The translations under genes were made by a program, and so were the position numbers. From NCBI GenBank assembly GCA_963771175.1, contig CAVYSY010000033.1:32001-96000 (forward strand): DNA of 64,000 nucleotides, read 5' to 3'. Source of the stretch: an uncultured delta proteobacterium (GTDB taxonomy: Bacteria > Myxococcota > Myxococcia > Myxococcales > Myxococcaceae). Every line of letters begins with the position of its first letter. The first letter of the stretch is position 1. The notes beneath the pieces are model-generated. The model was given only the letters and a program-made list of their open reading frames with translations. It was not told the DNA's origin and ran no database searches. Shown piece by piece: positions 60,153-64,000 of the stretch.

Positions 60153-61054
60153 ACGAGCGCTATCCGAGAGTCCGCGTCCGCGTGGAGAGCGGCGCCCTGA
60201 TGATCCGCGAAGCCGTGAGCATCACCTTCTACATGCGCCATTCGCATGCGGATGTTTCAAACTCGGTACTACGCTCGCTGGAGTTCTACCGGCGCGTGGT
60301 GCAACCCCATGAGTTCTACCAATACTCCCATGAGGCAGGAACGGCAGTGAGGCTCGATGAAGCGGGCTGGGAGCGAAACCGGAACGAACTCCTCGATGAC
60401 CACAGTGCCATCATCCATATGTCTGGTGGGGCAGAGGGCGAGTATCGGTTCCTCTATCATGGCAGGCCCATCGACACTCCCATGCCCTGGGGTATCGAGC
60501 CCGACAGGGTGTGCGCGGTGAGCTTCTGGCTGCCCACCGAATACCTGGAGGAGCACGGCCCGGGGCGGGTACGCGAGCTGGCGCTGGAGTTGGGGGCTCC
60601 CCTTCCCTTCTGCTCCGGTCAGGCCGGTCTCGCCTTCAACTGCGAGACCGACATCCTGGGCACCTGGGCAGAGGTCTTCAAACTGTGTTTTCGCTACCCG
60701 GGCATGGAGATCCCCGACCCCGAACTGCTCTCATTGGAACTCGGCGCACGGGTCCGGACAGTCAATTGGCTCACTTTCCTGGGCCAACCGGTGCTCGGTG
60801 CCGTAGGAGGCGCGGCGGGACTGCGCGCCCGGCTGTCCTCGCCCGGCACCACCGTGCAGGAGCTGGAGGGCGAGCGGGCCGTCGTCACCCTGGGCCCCTG
60901 GCCCGAGGCGGGGGATACCGAGCGCGGCCTCGTTTTACCCGCCTACCGGGAGCTGGCGCGCGTGCTGGAGCCCTGGCTCTACCAGGAGAAACTCCGCGCT
61001 GCCCTTCCCCCTGGGCATGAGGTGCTCCGCTGGGAACGCCGCTTCCTCGATTGA
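60149..61054 (+). CDS. DUF3396/TsiV-like immunity protein
   Basis: ITFYM, VSFWLPTEYLEEHGPGRVRELALEL, FCSGQAGLAF, RYPGM, VNWLTFLG, LPAYRELARVLEP, RWERRF; ATGA overlap with the toxin. Confidence 0.8.
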   Translation: MNERYPRVRVRVESGALMIREAVSITFYMRHSHADVSNSVLRSLEFYRRVVQPHEFYQYSHEAGTAVRLDEAGWERNRNELLDDHSAIIHMSGGAEGEYRFLYHGRPIDTPMPWGIEPDRVCAVSFWLPTEYLEEHGPGRVRELALELGAPLPFCSGQAGLAFNCETDILGTWAEVFKLCFRYPGMEIPDPELLSLELGARVRTVNWLTFLGQPVLGAVGGAAGLRARLSSPGTTVQELEGERAVVTLGPWPEAGDTERGLVLPAYRELARVLEPWLYQEKLRAALPPGHEVLRWERRFLD

Positions 61055-61130
61055 AGCCAGAAGCGCCTGGCGAGTCCTCTCCCGCTCGCCGCCCACCAGA
61101 CAGGCAAATGCGAAGAATTGGATGGATGTC

Positions 61131-61174
61131 CAACGGTGAACCGTTGCACCCCGGTCCGAAATGGCTCGGACCGG
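61131..61174 (+). promoter_or_regulatory. Palindrome plus RBS-overlapping hairpin upstream of the phosphatase
   Basis: CAACGGT-GA-ACCGTTG (61131-61146) and CCGGTCCGA-AATGGC-TCGGACCGG (61151-61174); the latter overlaps GGAGG at 61173-61177. Confidence 0.45.
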
Positions 61175-61181
61175 AGGCACC

Positions 61182-62582
61182 ATGCACCGATTGTATTCCC
61201 TCGCGCTCGGCGCAGTTGCCGCGGCGCTCACCTTCACCGCTGGGACCGCCAGTGCCGCGAGCCTGACCCGCCAGCCCTACCTGCAACGGGTGGGACCCGA
61301 CACCGCCACCGTGGCCTTCCGCCTGGATGGCGCGTGCGTCCCCACCGTGCTCTACGGCCCCCATGGCTCCACCGACCAACTCGCCCAATCGGCCGACGCG
61401 GACCGCAACCACGCCGTCGAGCTCTCCGGCCTGCAGCCGGGCACCGAGTACACCTACCTCGTGGAGGCCTGCGGCGCGCGCACCGACCCCAAGAGCTTCA
61501 CCACCGCGCCCGTCCCCGGCACCCGCCGCGTCCACTTCACCGCCGTGGGCGACTTCGGCGTGAACAACTCCGACCAGAAGGCCGTGGCCAACGCCATGCT
61601 CGGCCGCCGGCCCGAGCTCTTCCTGGCACTCGGCGACAACGCGTACGACTCGGGCACCGAGGCGGAGTTCCAGAACAACTTCTTCCTGCCCATGGCGCCG
61701 CTGCTCGCCCAGGTGCCCCTCTTCGCCACCCCGGGCAACCACGAGTACGTCACCAGACCAGGCCCAGCCCTACTTCGACAACCTCTACCTGCCCACCAGC
61801 CCCAGCGGCGGCGAGCGCTACTACTCCTTCGACTGGGGCCACGTGCACTTCGTGTCCCTGGACTCCAACTGCGCCATCGGTGAGTCCTCGGCGGATCGCT
61901 GCACGCTGGCCGCGCAGAAGCAGTGGTTGGAGCAGGACCTGGCCGCCAGCAACGCGGACTGGAAGGTCGTCTTCGTCCACCACCCGCCCTGGAGCAGCGG
62001 CGAGCACGGCTCGCAGTTGAAGATGCGCCGCGAGTTCGCCCCCCTCTTCGAGAAGTACGGGGTGGATCTGGTGCTCACCGGGCACGATCACCACTACGAG
62101 CGCTCGTCCCTCATGAAGGGCGATGCGGTGGCCTCCTCGGGCACTCCGGCATCCCCTACCTCGTGGTGGGCAACGGTGGCGCCTCCCTGCGCCCGATCTC
62201 CGGGAGCAAGCCCTCGTGGACCGTGGCGCGCAACGACGTGGACCACGGCTACCTCGACGTGAACGTGGAGGACGGCACCCTCACCGCCCAGATGCTGACG
62301 CCCTCGGGCAAGGTGCTCGACAGCTTCTCCCTCACCAAGGACCTGCCGCCGCCCTCGTCGCCCCCGGTCGGTGAGCAGCCCGGCCCGACGCAGCCCTCGA
62401 CGGGCACCCCGCGGCCGGATTCCATCACCGGCGACCCCGGGCTGCCGACCGGCCCGGACCCGCTGCCGGGGGACCCGGGTCCGAGCTCGGCGGGCTGCTC
62501 GGCCAGCCCGATGGCCGCCCTGCTCCCCGCGGGCGCGCTGCTGCTCGCCGGAGCCCTGCGCCGTCGTCGGCGCCAGCGCTAG
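61182..62582 (+). CDS. Purple-acid-phosphatase-like metallophosphoesterase with FN3 domain and MYXO-CTERM tail (frameshifted as assembled)
   Basis: Signal peptide; LSGLQPGTEYTY; GDFG, GDNAY, GNHE, HHP, GHDHHYER; C-terminal GCSASPMAALLPAGALLLAGALRRRRRQR. Confidence 0.88.
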
Positions 62583-62676
62583 CCTGGGGACCGGGGGAGG
62601 CGGCGGAAGCGCCCTGGACATGGCCCGGGGCGCTTCCACTCTTGTCATTGGACGCCCGGAATGAGATTCGCCAGTC

Positions 62677-64000
62677 ATGAAGAAGAACGCCCGCCCGCCC
62701 GCTCGCGCGAAACAGCCCCGCCGTGAGCCCTCCTCCTCCTCGGAGGCGTCGCGCTCCGCCTCCCGCCCGTTGCGCGAGGACCTCGTCCTCCAGGCATGCC
62801 TCGAGGCCTACGGCTTCGTCCGCCACGAGGGCCGCCTGGCCGACCGGGCCCTGGACTTCACCCTCCGTCACAAGAAGAACCTCTACTCCAACGAGCGCCG
62901 CGCCGTGGCCGAGCGGGTGTACGCCCTGCTCCGCCGCCAGCGCACGGTGGACTTCCTCCTCGAGCACGCCCACCGTGACTTCACGCGCCTGGACAAGACG
63001 CGCCAGGACGTGCTGCGCCTGGCCGCCTCGCGCATCCTCCATGGGGAGGGCGTGGACGAGGTGGTGCGCACCTCGACGCTGACGGGCACGGATGCCGCCG
63101 CCCTGGCCCGGCTCCCCGAGGCCGCCCGGGCGCTGGAGGCCCTCCCGCGGGAGAAGCGCTTCCCCATCGCCGCCTCGGTGCCGGACTTCCTCGGCCCGCG
63201 CCTGCGCGAGGTGTTCGGCGCGGACGCCGAGCGCGCCGTCGAGGCGATGAACGAGCGCGGCCCCCTCACCGTGCGCGTCAACGGCTTCAAGGGAGACCGC
63301 GAGCGGCTGCGCGCGCTCCTGGCCGAGGAGGGCGTCACCGCCACCCCCACCCCACTGTCGCCGCTGGGCCTCGTCCTCGACACCCGCAGCAACGCCTTCT
63401 CGCTCAACACCTTCCGCGACGGCTGGTTCGAGATTCAGGACGAGGGCAGCCAGCTCCTCGGCATGCTGGTGGACGCGCCGCCCACCAAGGTGGTGGACGC
63501 GTGCGCGGGCGCGGGCGGCAAGACGCTGCAGCTCGCCGTGCAGATGAAGAACCGGGGCGACCTGTACGCACTGGACGTGGAGGAGACGCCGCATCGACGA
63601 GCTGCGCAAGCGGGCGCGCCGGGACGGGGTGCACAACGTGCGCACCCAGCTCATCCCCGCCGATGGACCCGAGGCGGACGAGGCCCTCGCCCCGCTGAAG
63701 GGCAAGGCGGACCGGGTGCTGGTGGACGCGCCGTGCAGCGGCACGGGCACCTTCCGGCGCAAGCCGGACGCGCGCTACCGCCTCACCCCCGAGATGATCG
63801 ACGACCACGTGGCGCGGCAGAAGCGGCTGCTGGAGCGCTTCTCCCAACTGGTGAAGCCGGGCGGCCGGCTCATCTACGGCACGTGCAGCGTGCTGCGCGA
63901 GGAGAACGAGGCGGTGGTGGAGGACTTCCTCGCCCGGCACCCGGAGTACTCGGTGCGGCCGGTGGCGGAGGAGCTCGGGCCCGAGCTGGGGGCGAAGGTG
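62677..64000 (+). CDS. RsmB/NOP-family RNA m5C methyltransferase (partial, frameshifted as assembled)
   Basis: FEIQDEGSQL, VVDACAGAGGKT, VLVDAPCSGTG, KPGGRLIYGTCS, EENEAVV; runs off the right edge. Confidence 0.88.
   Translation, partial: MKKNARPPARAKQPRREPSSSSEASRSASRPLREDLVLQACLEAYGFVRHEGRLADRALDFTLRHKKNLYSNERRAVAERVYALLRRQRTVDFLLEHAHRDFTRLDKTRQDVLRLAASRILHGEGVDEVVRTSTLTGTDAAALARLPEAARALEALPREKRFPIAASVPDFLGPRLREVFGADAERAVEAMNERGPLTVRVNGFKGDRERLRALLAEEGVTATPTPLSPLGLVLDTRSNAFSLNTFRDGWFEIQDEGSQLLGMLVDAPPTKVVDACAGAGGKTLQLAVQMKNRGDLYALDVEETPHRRAAQAGAPGRGAQRAHPAHPRRWTRGGRGPRPAEGQGGPGAGGRAVQRHGHLPAQAGRALPPHPRDDRRPRGAAEAAAGALLPTGEAGRPAHLRHVQRAARGERGGGGGLPRPAPGVLGAAGGGGARARAGGEG

Noticed and set aside
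61750..63600. Split phosphatase and rsmB-like genes
   Set aside because: Same error pattern; motifs are complete across frames.

Overview
High-GC myxobacterial chromosome segment; gene content (MYXO-CTERM tail, many lipoproteins, Ser/Thr kinases, DUF3396 toxin-immunity pair) suggests Cystobacterineae such as Archangium/Cystobacter (inference). Recognisable genes: addAB-like helicase/nuclease pair, uvrA, nadA, iscA, moeB-like plus rhodanese, deoxynucleoside kinase, two POT peptide transporters, two Ser/Thr kinases and an rsmB-like gene. An accessory stretch (~16.9-26 kb) follows uvrA. It carries a 198-bp duplicate of the uvrA 3' end, two tmRNA-3'-like tails, immunity-like genes and gene fragments. 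Best candidates for undescribed biology: (1) a protein collinear with the eukaryotic RNA lariat debranching enzyme Dbr1 (8706-9614), notable because myxobacteria make 2'-5'-branched msDNA; (2) a five-gene operon of porin, VTC polyphosphate-polymerase domain, Tmk-like kinase fused to helical repeats, DUF4956-like membrane protein and lipoprotein, preceded by a Pho-box-like repeat (53929-59080); (3) a translationally coupled PilZ/GNAT-like, SAM-methyltransferase, V4R-type hybrid kinase operon that resembles a signal synthesis/sensing cassette (29156-35318). Many frameshifts cluster at 26-33, 46-52 and 61-64 kb and are most likely assembly errors. No CRISPR array, rRNA or complete tRNA was seen. 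Family calls come from motif recognition by eye, not database searches.
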